Part shown: positions 50,298 through 62,879 of the stretch, piece after piece
Position numbering within the stretch: position 1 is the first letter of the stretch
Layout of the letters: each line of letters opens with the position of its first letter
NCBI GenBank assembly: GCA_951406725.2
Contig: OX597819.1
Coordinates: 97,154,001 to 97,218,000 of the forward strand
DNA length: 64,000 bases
Direction of reading: 5' to 3'
DNA from: Octopus vulgaris
Lineage: Eukaryota
The notes under the pieces: generated by a model
The model's input: the letters and a program-made list of their open reading frames with translations, nothing else
The model's database searches: none
What the model was told of the DNA's origin: nothing
Position numbers and translations under genes: made by a program

Positions 50298-52242
50298 TTT
50301 TTAAAAAAATAGTATTTAGGAAGTAGTTTGATCCCATCTGAAAAGTGAATTATACTGTCACAAGCCCCACCTGTCACCTAGTGAGCAACTGTTACAGCTT
50401 ATACTGGTGTCTTTAACATGAGAAAGGAGTATGAATCAATCAAGGCTTGTTACATGTCAGATCTATTATACTGACAATATATTAGTTCAAGTATATAACA
50501 TGAAAAGTAATTATGCCGAACCCAATTTGTATTTTTAATTAAATTCTTATACCTGTGATTCATGACTACATTGCTGGGGTGATGCCGAGAATATGAAAAG
50601 CTCTCTTTCTTACACACACACACACACACACAATTAAATTGGCATTGATTCAGTGTTTATCTGATCTAAAATAGTTTATACCAAAAGCTATTACATTCTG
50701 TAGAAGAGACGCTAAAACACTCAACATATACACACACACACTCACACATATATAGAAAGAGATAGAGAGAGTGGGAGTGCAGTATCCTGTTGCATTGCTG
50801 AAGTTTTTCTGGTTACATTAACGGTGAACTAAATGATTACACTGGCTAGTCACCACCAACAGAAAAATCATACTGGCTATAGTACCGTTTTCAGTAGCGC
50901 TCACCTGTTGTAGATTGTGATCACATTATAATCTCTCTACCATTAATTGTCTCTTCATTTTAATCTACTACAATTACATATGTTTATTTAATTATTACAT
51001 ATCTTTCTCATTGTTTCCATTCCATCTTAACCTTGGACAGTTTAAATTAAAAGGTATCCCCACCCCAATCCCCACACTCTGATCATTCTACACAGTAACA
51101 ATATCTCAAGGAAGGCCAATCACTTGATCTGCTGGAAACAACAGCTAAATCTCATGCTACTATCTTAAAAATGAATGCAATGGTGACTACAGGTTTCTTC
51201 AAACATGTTTAAAAAAAAAAACATAGGGTGATCATAGCTAAAACACCAGCTCTGTCCAAGGTGGCTTGGGGCTAAACAACAGCCTGCAGAAATTTATTAG
51301 ATCTCTGCTAACAGTAGCTATTGTGTGTATGTGTGTGTGTGTACATGCTCATACACACACACGATATACTACAACCTAGACAACATTCGATCCCCTTAGA
51401 ATGTCCACAAAATCACTCTGTACCATTTCTTAGCTGCAGTGAACACCACATTCCCCACAGCCAAAAATCTTTGGCACAGCTTCTACCGTACATCAATTAT
51501 TCATAGTTAGGGCTGTCTGATCATAAAACCTTATGTGAATGGTTTTAATGGCATCACCAGTTAGGTAACAGCTATCAACTCACTAAATCAATCATTTCAA
51601 AAGATATCAAACTGTTTGGCCTGAAGGAATTATCTCGAAAGGAAATTGGATAAATACGATTCAATCTTCTGGCTTATTAATCATTGATAGCTTCTTTGGT
51701 GTTGATATTTACCATTTCAATACCATTACAATATTAATTCTAACCAAACATTGCTGCAGGAGTTTTATATTCATTGCTACTAATCTATAACAGCTGGCAT
51801 TCTACCACATGTTCTAAAGTAATTAGCTAAGAAATACGTCACTGTTCCATTTGAAAATAAGGATTGTTTCAGAAAGGTGCATTATTACACAATTAGAACT
51901 AATTCCTAAACAAAGATGAAGGGGGAAAAATCCAGCAAATGCTGTAGAAGAGAATATATTTTGCCACTGTGCTGTTAGATGGAAGTAATGGTACTGCAGT
52001 AAGGTAAAACGGTAAATAACCAAACCTGAAGTAGATGAGAGGAAAATCTTAAATTGAAATGTGTTGGCAAAAATTATTCTGTAAGAGTGTCCATAGAATA
52101 GTTCAATATATTCAATTGTGAGGTAGGATGGATAAAATGCTGTTGGCTGTTGCCCTTTATCTAGAGAGGGGGGTGGCAGTGGTTGCAGCTTATACTGTAA
52201 CATGTAACCAAAGCTGCTGTTATTGTTATTTTTCTGTAACAT

Positions 52243-52455
52243 AAGGTGGTAAGCTAGCAGAATGGTTGAGCACACCAAGCAAAATGCTTAGCAGCATTTT
52301 GTCTGTCACTATGTTCTGTATTCAAATTCTGCCAAAGTCAACTTGTATCTTTCCTTCAGGGTTGATAAAATAAGTATCAGCTGAGCACTGGGGTTGATGC
52401 AGTCAACTTACACCTCTTCTGAAATAGCTGGCCTTGTGCCAAAATTTGAAACTGT
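52243..52455 (+). mobile_element. Family B SINE
   Basis: aaggtggtaagctagcagaatggtt...aaaatgcttagcagcatt...ggccttgtgccaaaatttgaaa. Confidence 0.85.
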
Positions 52456-53032
52456 TATTATTTTGTAACATGTAATCAAAGCTACCATTACTACTACTTC
52501 AGTAAAATGCCACTACTTTCTCTTCCTGACTCTCAGATAAGGACAGAGCACTTGCTCTCATTGCCATTTAACTTGACTTTTCTAAGGAATTTTCCTTTAG
52601 AAAAAAGAGAGGAGATGAGATAGATAAAAACCAACTTAAATGAAGAGCAGACAGGACTAGACAATGACAAATAGAAGCAGTGTCACAATATAATCAGTGC
52701 AAAGTGGGGGGGGGGGGCTGTCACAGTATAGGCAGTGACAACTGATAATGGCATGACAATGATAGCTCAGTTCATTTTTATACACACACATATGAGGTGG
52801 GGATGTTTGGAATTATAAAGGATGATGACAATAATATAGATCAAATGACATGACCATTTCTATAGTTTGCCCACCTTATGACAAACACCGCAGCTCTTCT
52901 CTTGAAATCTATGTATGGCACAGAACAGGAATTCTAAGTTGGGAGACAAGAAAAAGAATGCTGGATCTAACATTCATGCACATACACACACACACACACA
53001 AACACACACTATTTCACATGCACTGACTCCCT

Positions 53033-53265
53033 TTAATCTTTTTGAAGCAGAGACCACATGAGACTACTCCTTGGTTCTTTGATACAAATTTCCTGTTTTA
53101 AAGTGGTCTAAATTAAAACCTTCCATCAAAGTTTCATGTTAAATTATATTCCAAATACCAGCTTCATAGTGACAAAGTTATTAGAATAAATTCTTCATAA
53201 GTTTCAAAAATTAATTGAAACAAAAGCAATGTATTTCAGTAGAAATATAGAAGCAAAAGGATTGA
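53033..53265. mobile_element. Degenerate piggyBac-derived MITE M2
   Basis: The right end aattaattgaaaca...gtatttcagtagaaatatag..caaaaggattga is similar, in reverse complement, to 6010-6080 and 32981-33060. The left end is ttaatcttttt. Confidence 0.55.
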
Positions 53266-53361
53266 GACCACCAGCTCTTTTGACACTGTAACATAGGCAC
53301 AAGAAGATTCTCAGAGCAAAAGAAACAGATTCAGCCTCAGCATATTAAATGCACATACATA

Positions 53362-53690
53362 AAGAGTAAAGACCCCACTTCGGTCATGAATGACCAAGGG
53401 ATTGAACCTAGAAAGTTCCTCTCTGAGGCACAAGTCTGGGCAAGGTTGTTCATGGAAGACCATACCAAACTCCCCTCTTCACACCACCGATGTTATCCAA
53501 GGAAAAAGCAAAGGATGACACAGCTTGGCACCAGTGATGCCACAACTCATTTCTACAGCTGAGTGAACTGGAGCAATGTGAAATACAGTGTCTTGCTCAA
53601 GAACACAACACACAGCGCAGTTCAGGAATCAAACTCACCACCTCGTGACTGTGACTTTGATGCTCTAACCATTGAGCCATGTGCCTTCAC
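53362..53690 (-). mobile_element. Family D SINE, older copy
   Basis: Colinear with 29764-30100, with CpG decay. Confidence 0.88.
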
Positions 53691-54087
53691 TAAATGAATA
53701 TAAAGACTTGTATAACATTAATTATCTGAAATAAAGCATGTTTGCCGTTTATATATTGCAAGTATTATTGAAGAGAAATACAATTTGTCTGGTAACTTTA
53801 TATCATAAACACTTTACAGATAGATATAAAAATGGTTTCCTTTATTTCTGAAAATAGTATAATTATATTTTTAATTGTAATCATCTTATGTCTGCTTTCC
53901 ATAGTGGTATGGGTTGGACAGGTCATCACGGTCCAAGTCACTTCTCATGAGGAACTACTGATTCCAAGGTCTAGGTACTTGTACATGTCATTTAGCTGGA
54001 TTCCTACAGTCACATGATGTTCCTAATGCCAACCACTTAACAGAGAGGTTAATAGTGTTGTTGGTTAACAGCACAGCAGTAAACTTA

Positions 54088-54184
54088 TGGTCTAATGTAG
54101 CTTCTTATATACAGATCTACTGGTCTAATATAGCTTATATATAGATCTAGTGGTCTAATGTAGCTTCTTATATATAGATCTACT
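54088..54184. repeat. Minisatellite, 3 x 30-33 bp
   Basis: tggtctaat[ga]tagctt(ctt)atata.agatcta occurs three times. Confidence 0.9.
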
Positions 54185-54429
54185 GAAAGACAAGAGGGAT
54201 AAGGGATGATATGGTCACCACAAGTGGTGGGGAGTTGAGCTGGAGGGCTATGAGTGGTAAGATGAGCAGGAGCAGGTAAGCAATAAGTAAATGGGAGGGG
54301 TGTTAAAGATGTCAAGCAGCAAATGCAGGCCTTGTAGCAGTTTACAATTATGCTGCTGCACCAGTCATCAAGTATGATTTCTTCCTGTATTAAACTATTC
54401 CCATTTAGATCAAACTATTCAGGTAACTA

Positions 54430-54900
54430 TCATGTGTCCTACCTCACCAGATATTTTGAATGCCTCAGTCACTATTTCTGATTGGTTGGCAGATTTGCTT
54501 TTACTTTTATTTCTTAGTCACTTGGTCAACCACACTGCTCTCAACTTCAATTGCTGGTGCCTCTGTAGGGTAAGTAAGAGGTAGTCCCTCATTATCTTAT
54601 GCCTTCTCAACATTCAACAGTATCTCATTATGGTACTTAAGTGTTTCTTTCTTGACATCTGCAACAATGGCAAGGCAAGTGTGTCTTCTTCATTTTGGAT
54701 ACTCTTCTCCTCAGTGACATCTTTGCTCTCTTTGTCACACTGTCTTGCAATCCTAAACAACTCTTGCTTTCTGACCCTCATACAGTAGAACATACACATA
54801 CCAATTTTTCTCTGCCTCTCTCTTAGCTAAGTATACCAAGTTCCCTTCCTAGCTACTTGATAATGCTCTCAACTACTACTTTTTTCCATATTTTCCAAAC
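54430..54900 (-). mobile_element. Degenerate RTE LINE fragment (EN-RT linker)
   Basis: Translation RKQELFRIARQCDKESKDVTEEKSIQNEEDTLAL resembles the RTE linker; downstream rc gaggcattcaaaatatctggtg is similar to 16380-16410. Confidence 0.55.
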
Positions 54901-56564
54901 CTGTCTCTTAGCTTTTTTTCTATCTACCACATCATTCCACCACCATGTCACTCTTCAGTTTAGCTAGGACCTTGCACTAACCAACCAATTACACATCTTG
55001 CTTGCAGCTCTCTTTTCTCTAGAGTCACATGCATTGGTTAGAATTTCTCTAAAAGCTAACTTCATGATCTGCTGGTCATTTCAATCTCTAGTTTATATAG
55101 TTGCTAAATGTTGATAGTTCTAAACTGTGGCTATATCATTCTGCCACAGTCATTTATTCTGGATTATTATTTTTTTTTTAATTTATCAATCAGGTGTCTA
55201 GTAAATTCATTGTAAATATATCATTTGTAATTTCAGTACAAGAAAATTACATCACAACCCATAAGCTTTTTACTTTCAGTGTAAATATATTTCTAAAAAA
55301 ATTCAAGCATTCATCTATATGAATAAATAAATGTCACCTTTTCATTAACAATGAAAGAATTTTTTACTCTGAGCCATTTAGGAGGATTTCATTTTTCTTA
55401 ACCTTTAAATTTATTAGATAAAATGTGCAGATTTGTTTCTCTTACTAAAACACCAGAAAAAGTGTACTCAAGTATTAAAAAATAAAATGATTGAATAATG
55501 AAATATTATATCTTTCTTTATTTCGAAATAATTGTAAAAAAAAAAAAAAAAAACTTTCAGTTTTTATGTGAATGATAACAAATGAAGTAAATTATGTGAT
55601 TAACACTAGTTAATAATGTATTATGTAACAATGGAGCCTTATTTCATTGCATTTTAATTTTTCCTAAAGAGAAAATGATGACAATAATAGTCACCTACAT
55701 TCTCTTTCATTAACAATAAAAATGAAATTCAAAGACAAAAAGTTAAACGCACATCTGATGGGCTTTAACAGATTGTGTTACATCAAATTCTACTGACAAG
55801 GTTGGGATCAAAGGAATAACATTTTTTTTTTACTATTAGACTACAGAAGAAGATAATTAAAACTTTGAGGGTTAAGGTGGAGATCTGGATGTCAAATTCT
55901 ATCATGTCAATGTATATTAAACTATACTGCTTGCAGATGATCAGATAAGATATGTAGCAAAGAGATTAATTTACAATTTTCTAGTAATGATTCATCCAAG
56001 AAATATATGTAAATAAGTTTTTAATATGCTTAGTCTGCAAATAAATAGCAAATGATTTCACTAACTGTTGAAGATCCACTACAAATATATATGATGGTAT
56101 AGTGTCTCCAATGACAAAATAATTTCTCTAAAACAGTGGAAGGGGCAGAGGTAAAATGTGACCAACCATTAAACTGCATCTGTTGGTATATTACAATGTT
56201 TACTTCAGGGAGTCTAGTTGAAAACAAAATCCCTACAGTTTAATAGTTTAGCAACAGAAAATATTTCCAGCTGTTAAAATACTTCCAATGTCCAAATTTA
56301 TAAAAACAACAAAAGACTTCCTTTTCGTGCTAACATTACAAAATGCAGGCATAACAATAATATCTGTTTTGTTATAGAATTGCTAAGAAAAGGAAACAGG
56401 GACATGTCTCATCACAAAAGTGGAACATTACTTACAAGTCAAAAAGAAGAATTTATAGACCATTTTGAAAATGGTCTACAATTTCTTCCATAATTCTGTG
56501 TGCATGTGTATGTTGAATCCCTGCTCAACTCCAACAGTAACATTTGGCTTAGTACTATTATATA

Positions 56565-56725
56565 GGCATAGCCATGATTGGTAGGTTATAATGTTTGCTT
56601 CATACCCTTGTTTTTCGGTTCAATACCACAGCACTCATCACCTCTGGCAAGTGTCTTCTACTATAGCCCCAAGTAGACCAATGCCTTGTGAATAGAATTC
56701 GTAGACAGAAACTGAAAAGGAGCAC

Positions 56726-56805
<80 letters not shown>

Positions 56806-57060
56806 CTGGGTGCATGCATCATTTCAGGTTTCCTCATTAACACCATCTCAATGAACGCAGTATTTTTCTTTTTTTTACAATTTCAAGCAAGCAAAAAGTT
56901 CTGTGGTTTCACTTTCAACATGAGAGGATCAGTAGAATGAAAACACTTTCATTAGAAAACAGTTTAAAGGCTGATAACAGGAAGAGTATCCAACCGTAGA
57001 AAATCTACTGTGTCAAGTTCAGTCAAACCTATGCCAGCATGGAAAAGTGGATATAAAACT
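56565..57060 (+). mobile_element. Family A head + (GA)n(TG)n + family C-like tail (same layout as 7460-7833)
   Basis: ggcaagtgtcttctactatagcccc...gtagacagaaactgaaa head; aggaagagtatccaaccgtagaaa...atgccagcatggaaaagtgga tail. Confidence 0.65.
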
Positions 57061-57267
57061 GAATGAGTGTATGTTTATTGTTTGCTTCCATGTCAATTTT
57101 TTTCTTTTTTTTCAGTTTTTTGATAGGTATGGTCGACTGGTTCCAGTTCTCAGGATATTACCGATATTTATTGTATTTGATGAAATATGATATGCACATT
57201 TTAAAAAAGTCTCAAAAAGAATAAAGAAAATCACCCAGGTTCCTATATGTAAAGTTACTTTAAATAC

Positions 57268-57495
57268 TGATTTCAAATTTTGGCACAAGGTCAGCAATTT
57301 CAGGAGAGGGGATAAGTCAGTTACAATGCCTCCCACCTCCGTACTCAACTGGTACTTATTTTATTGACTCCAAAGGAATGAAAGACAAAGTCAACCTTGG
57401 CAGAATTTGAACTCACGGAAATGAGACAGAGATAGAGGAAATTCCACTAAGTATTTTACCTGGCATGCAAACCATTCTGCCAGCCCACCACCTTG
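57268..57495 (-). mobile_element. Family B SINE
   Basis: ttcaaattttggcacaagg...caactggtacttattttattga...ttctgccagcccaccaccttg. Confidence 0.85.
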
Positions 57496-58980
57496 AAGTT
57501 GCTTTAAATAATATATGCTTTAATACATTAAAAGCTGTTCCTGAATATGTTCTGCTGAAATTGGAGTATGTCTAACATACTGCTGCATCTTTTATGCCAT
57601 CTAATAATATATGTTATTTCATCAATGATACTAATGATAGTGGCGACAAACCACTCATGGTATATACAGTTTTCCAATTATTGATATATAAGATAACTGA
57701 AAGTACTTTTTTCACAACAAGCAACAGGAGTCAGGAATCTCTATTACTCTTTAGTGAGGTCATGTTTAAAACTAAATAACTTCAAGGAAGCTTCTACACT
57801 CAACTGGCTAGAACAGCAACTAAATTTCTCTCAGATCATACCATACAGTTTTAAAAGAAGAATACAGACAATGTAGACCCAGATATAAAGTTGGGATGGT
57901 CATAGTTGGAATGACTGATCACTGACCTGCTTGACCAGAGCTGACCTGGGACTAAACAATAATAACAAGCCAATAATCTTCAGAGTGCTATTTTTTTTTC
58001 GAAAGTTGTTGACAAAAACAAAATCATCCAGTAATCAGTGAGTCTATAATTGATAAAACTAACAAGCATTAATTAACAACAGATTGTACCAATCTGTCAT
58101 AGCAATAGCACAATTAGAAGCAGGTAAGAACTGAGATAAAACAAGAACCAACAGTCAGCAGGTTTCAGAGATCTATAAGAATACATACATTTCTAAAATT
58201 AATAGTATCATACTAAAATACATGAATTTCTCAAACTAATACCATGAATACTTGCATCACATTTCTTGCAACTCACAATAGTCGGGTGCTATTTGGCAAA
58301 TTGCAATAATAGTGTTCACTACATTTCCATGTAACTTCAAAAGATTTTTAATGATGTTTGTTTGGGAGCGGGGAATAATCCCTGATAGCAAGAGATTATT
58401 TTAATAGTTTTACTTCATAGAAAATTTCAAAGTTCTTTTCCATTCATTTCACAATAACAACTAACCAAACTTCAAACAGATTTACTTGAACAAACAACGT
58501 AAATCTCTTTATAATTGTGTCACTGGCTGTAATAAATGGTTCTCTTTCACTTTGGAGAAAATGGTAGAGTTTTAAAGAATATCAGGTTATTTATTTGAAA
58601 ATATAATTGATATCTGCTATGTCTACAAGTAATATCTACAAGCAATATCTAATACCTTTTTCAAAAGTAAAAGATTTTGGTGTTACCATTATCAAAACTA
58701 AACTGGAAACCTTACATCAAATGAAGGAATTCCTACAAAGATAACCTAAACGAAGTCTGTAAAACCACCATATTGAAGTGTTGAAAAGTTTTACACATAC
58801 AACATTTCAGTTGTAAGAAAGTAATACTGTAATATATAAACTAACAACATAAAAATCACATACAGATACAGAAGAGAGATGAGATGAAGAAAGTAAAGCT
58901 TAAGGCATTGGAAGTGACAGAGATTCAGCTCAGCTAATAATTTATCAAAGTATAATGTAACTTGGTAACTTGTGATACTG

Positions 58981-59027
<47 letters not shown>

Positions 59028-59941
59028 AGATTGTTGTTGATGTTGATTTACACATATCTTAACCAAAATAATATTTTTTTTTTTTTCTTACCAGCTAAAA
59101 CAAACAAAAACAAAACTAACTCTGGTCAGAAGATCAAACTTGAATGAATGGATTCCTACTTCTGAGAACTAAAGGTCAAAGTCCCATCTAATGTATTGAT
59201 GACCCTCTGAATACCTACCCTTCATCTACTGAACCTTAATCTATTCTAACATTCCATTTCCTTCCAATTGAACAGCTTCTCAGTGTTGGTATCAGAATAT
59301 CACATCATGGCTCTCTCTCTCTCTCATTTATTTTTTTGTTTGTCTTTTTTTGTGGGTGTGTGTGGTTGGATAGTGATTCTAGGGTGGCATCTTTAGTAGA
59401 GCTTATTCTGCTCAAGATGCCACTCATAATCCTTGTTCCCCATTCATACACATCTCCCCTTAAGACATTGACCCACTGATGTGCTGACTAATCTTCAGCC
59501 ACATTGGTCCCACCAGTTTGAGAGATTTGTAAAAATCAGAGGTGTGGCTCTTGACTTATTTAAAAAAACTTTTTTTTAATAAAAACAGAAAATCTTGGAA
59601 ATAATTTTTTTTTAAATTACTGAATAGGAGCACAAAAACTACCCTTCATAAATAAGTGAAATATTAAGATTACATCTTGTGTCACAGTAGAACATCATCT
59701 ACATTAAGTACTCAATAACTACTGAACCAAATAAGATGCCTCCACACTGTTACCTTACTGCTGCAGGCTTATCTAGAATTTCATTAAACATTTAAAAACC
59801 AAGAGCCACATGTCAATCTAAAACAATCTGTAGTTGAAGTGGTTATAGTAATATCATTTTAAATTGAGTCTTCATGCCAGAAGTCAGCTCAAATACTGCT
59901 AATTCTAGAAATTACAATAATTTCTATTGTATTATAACTGA

Positions 59942-60270
59942 CAGATCATGTGGAGGGCTAATTGGGCCTTCGGCCCAAATCTAAAGAGAGCAATAATAAT
60001 AAGGCATTTATTGGTACCCTATCAATATATTACTTAAAACTCTTTAAAAAGTTTTTAAAATTTGAATTTTCAACTGTTAGCATATAACATCCTCATCCAC
60101 ACCTTATCCCAATGCTGGATGTTCAAGTATCAAATGAAGAGCAGATTTTCAATCCCGGAATCAACTTGATTCCAAAAAGGTATGATATGACTATGTAGAG
60201 CAAATATAGGTTGAGATGCAGGGGTCCCGGACAGACGGGACAGACAGAATTTCACATTTATTATTGTAGA
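59942..60270 (-). mobile_element. Probable non-autonomous Helitron (~330 bp)
   Basis: The minus strand starts TCTACAATAATAAATGTGAAATTCTGTCTGTCC (5'-TC plus a CTGT repeat, as in animal non-autonomous Helitrons). A perfect GC-rich hairpin TTGGGCC-N3-GGCCCAA (59962-59978) lies ~20 nt before a degenerate CTRR-like end. Confidence 0.55.
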
Positions 60271-61940
60271 CTAAAAAACAACATGTGTATCCAAATAATA
60301 TATCTTTGATATTAAAAATACCATACTCATATAATCAAATACCCCCTACTTTTTGTATTGTTGTCCATAGTAGTTATTAGGATCAAACATACTACATACT
60401 TTCTATTTAGCTGTCTGTTCACAGACAGAGTTTGAAAACAATGCATGGAGGAAGTTTCTAAAATCTCCTGTTCCATGAATGTTAGACCAACAGACCACCT
60501 TAACTTACAGCTCTAGGTCAGTCAGCCTCATTAGCATTATCTCCAGTTGAACTGATCAAATCAGAATCATTTTGTTTTGCCTGGCTACGGTTACACAATT
60601 GACTGTTTCAAAATACATTGTGCCAGCTAATTGTAATCCACCTCAATGTGCATCAGTTTAAACACAGCACGACTAATTATACATTACAGATCATCAATAC
60701 CAAATTTCAGTAACTATATTTAGCCAATGCAAACAGCAGCACCAAAAAAATAAACAATAATCTATAATTAATAAACTCATTTTCATGACTAAAAACATTT
60801 TAATAGAACAGTTTTGTAGAAAACAGAGAGGAAAGTTTTCATTATTGTTTTGAAATCCATATTGAATGAGTACAGATCGTAGAAAAAATAAATTGGTAGG
60901 CATCATGACTACAATAGGTATACTACTATTTCAGACAATGCTATAACCAAATATCAAACAGCGGAGTTTAAACAAAAATGAGAAAAACAATAATGCATTT
61001 GTCATGCCTTAGAATCTAATTGGAAAAAAAAGTAATTACCTGAAGCAAAACTAATGTATTAGAAATGATGACTATTGTCATTAGTTTCTAGGAACAATAC
61101 AGTTAACTCATTTAGTTAAGAAAAAAATCTTTATGCTTTTCATCAGAGACTAGGAGCCAGTGCCACAGAAAACACATTTCAGGCTATATTTTTTCTTTTT
61201 TCACAAAATATCCAGAGAAACTGTACAACTGAAGAACTTGTTTTCAAATAGAATTAATGTGAACTGTTAAATTTAGATATTTCAGCTCAAATGTCAAACA
61301 ATTATCATTCGTTTGTAAAAGAAAGGAGACAGTGTTGGGAGAGAAACATTGCATGGCCAATAATTGAAATGCTGTGAATATTATAGATGATATGAAAAAA
61401 ATATATACCTAGTCAAAGAGAGGAAAATACACAAAAAAAAAAACTCTGAATTATTGCTAATAATTTCCAAAACACAGTATTGATCACCTGTAAAATAAAT
61501 AGTGTGATTAATGAAAACAATTTGTCAGATTCAATAAATACTGAGAGAAGAATTATCAATATTTTTGTATTTAATAAACTTGCAAATTAGATTTTATTAA
61601 TAAATGTCCGCATAAGATTTCTTAAAGATGTCATTTTCTGCTACCGGGGGTGAGAAGTCATTTTCTTCTCCATTTGTAAAGGATATTTATGAAATAAAGA
61701 AGCAGAGAAAGTTATTGAAAGCAAGACGACATGTCAGTTGACACACAACTATCAGAAGTCAACCCATTACTGACACTTAAAGCCAATGAGAGTGCCTCTA
61801 CATAGCTACTTGCTCTGCTAGAAATAACAGCCAAATTTTCCTTAAATCACACTTTCACTTTGTGAAATTAAGGAAGTATCGTATTACCTAGTCTTGGATA
61901 TATATGAAAAACAGTATGCTCATAGTTGAAATACCTTTGA

Positions 61941-62146
61941 TGGTGCCACATAAAAAGCATCAGTGATAGTACCACATATAAAGCACCTAGTATACTCTGC
62001 ATAGCGGTTGGTGTTAGGAAGGGCATCTAGCTGTCGAAACCAAACCAAAACAAACTATGGAACCAGGTGCAGCCCTTGGCCTCACCATTTCCTATCAAGC
62101 CATCCAATGCAGTGTAGCATGGAAAACAGATGATGATGATGATGGT
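61941..62146 (+). mobile_element. Family C retroposon nested within a family E repeat
   Basis: ggtgccacataaaaagca...ggttggtgttaggaagggcatc...gcatggaaaacagatgatgatgat. Family E sequence lies on both sides, and tgatggtg is at both junctions. Confidence 0.75.
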
Positions 62147-62244
62147 GATAGGTTTACTTGTTTAGAGCAAACCTGGAGCTAAACGATGACGCCTACCACA
62201 TATGAACACAACAGTAGATCAAGTCATTCTTCTACAATAATAAT

Positions 62245-62462
62245 AATGGTTTCAAATTTTACTATAAGGGCAGCAATTTTGGGGGAGGGGATGAGTTGAT
62301 TACACCAACACTAGTGTTCAACTGGTACTTATTTTATCAACCCTGAAAGGATGAAGGGTAAGGTCAACCGTGGCATAATTTGAACTCAGAGTGTAGTGAC
62401 AGGCATAATACCACTAAGCATTTCATTCAGCACACTAACAATTCTGCCAGCTCACCACCTTA
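62245..62462 (-). mobile_element. Family B SINE between (AAT)n tracts
   Basis: caactggtacttattttatcaaccctgaaaggatgaa...ttctgccagctcaccacctt. Confidence 0.85.
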
Positions 62463-62879
62463 ATAATAATAATAATAATTTCTAGCATAAACACCTTAGT
62501 GGCTGACGATATGTGCATCTCTGATCATGAGCAGAAGTAGTGGGGGAGCATCATAGCCATGTGTTGAAAGGAATTCTTGGAGGTTTGGATAATTCGCCTT
62601 TGGAAACATGGGTGGTTCGTTCAACATCCTTAAGCAATCCTTATTCAGGGACCTTTTGAGCAGGATGGGTTACTCAACCAGAAGAAAATTCTAACTGGGC
62701 CCCACCTGCAAGGTCATGCGCTGTTTAACTTGATATGAGATCACGATGTTGCACACATATGGTTGTGATGCATGTACCGAGTGTACCCTTATCAGACAGG
62801 TAGTCATGATGGGTATACTGGGCTTCATATATTTTACTCCAGTGTCACTTTGATGGCATGCACTGCTCTCTCACTCAAT

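Noticed and set aside
56456-56478. Perfect palindrome TAGACCATTTT-G-AAAATGGTCTA
   Set aside because: Isolated and AT-rich, with no associated feature; no function can be supported.
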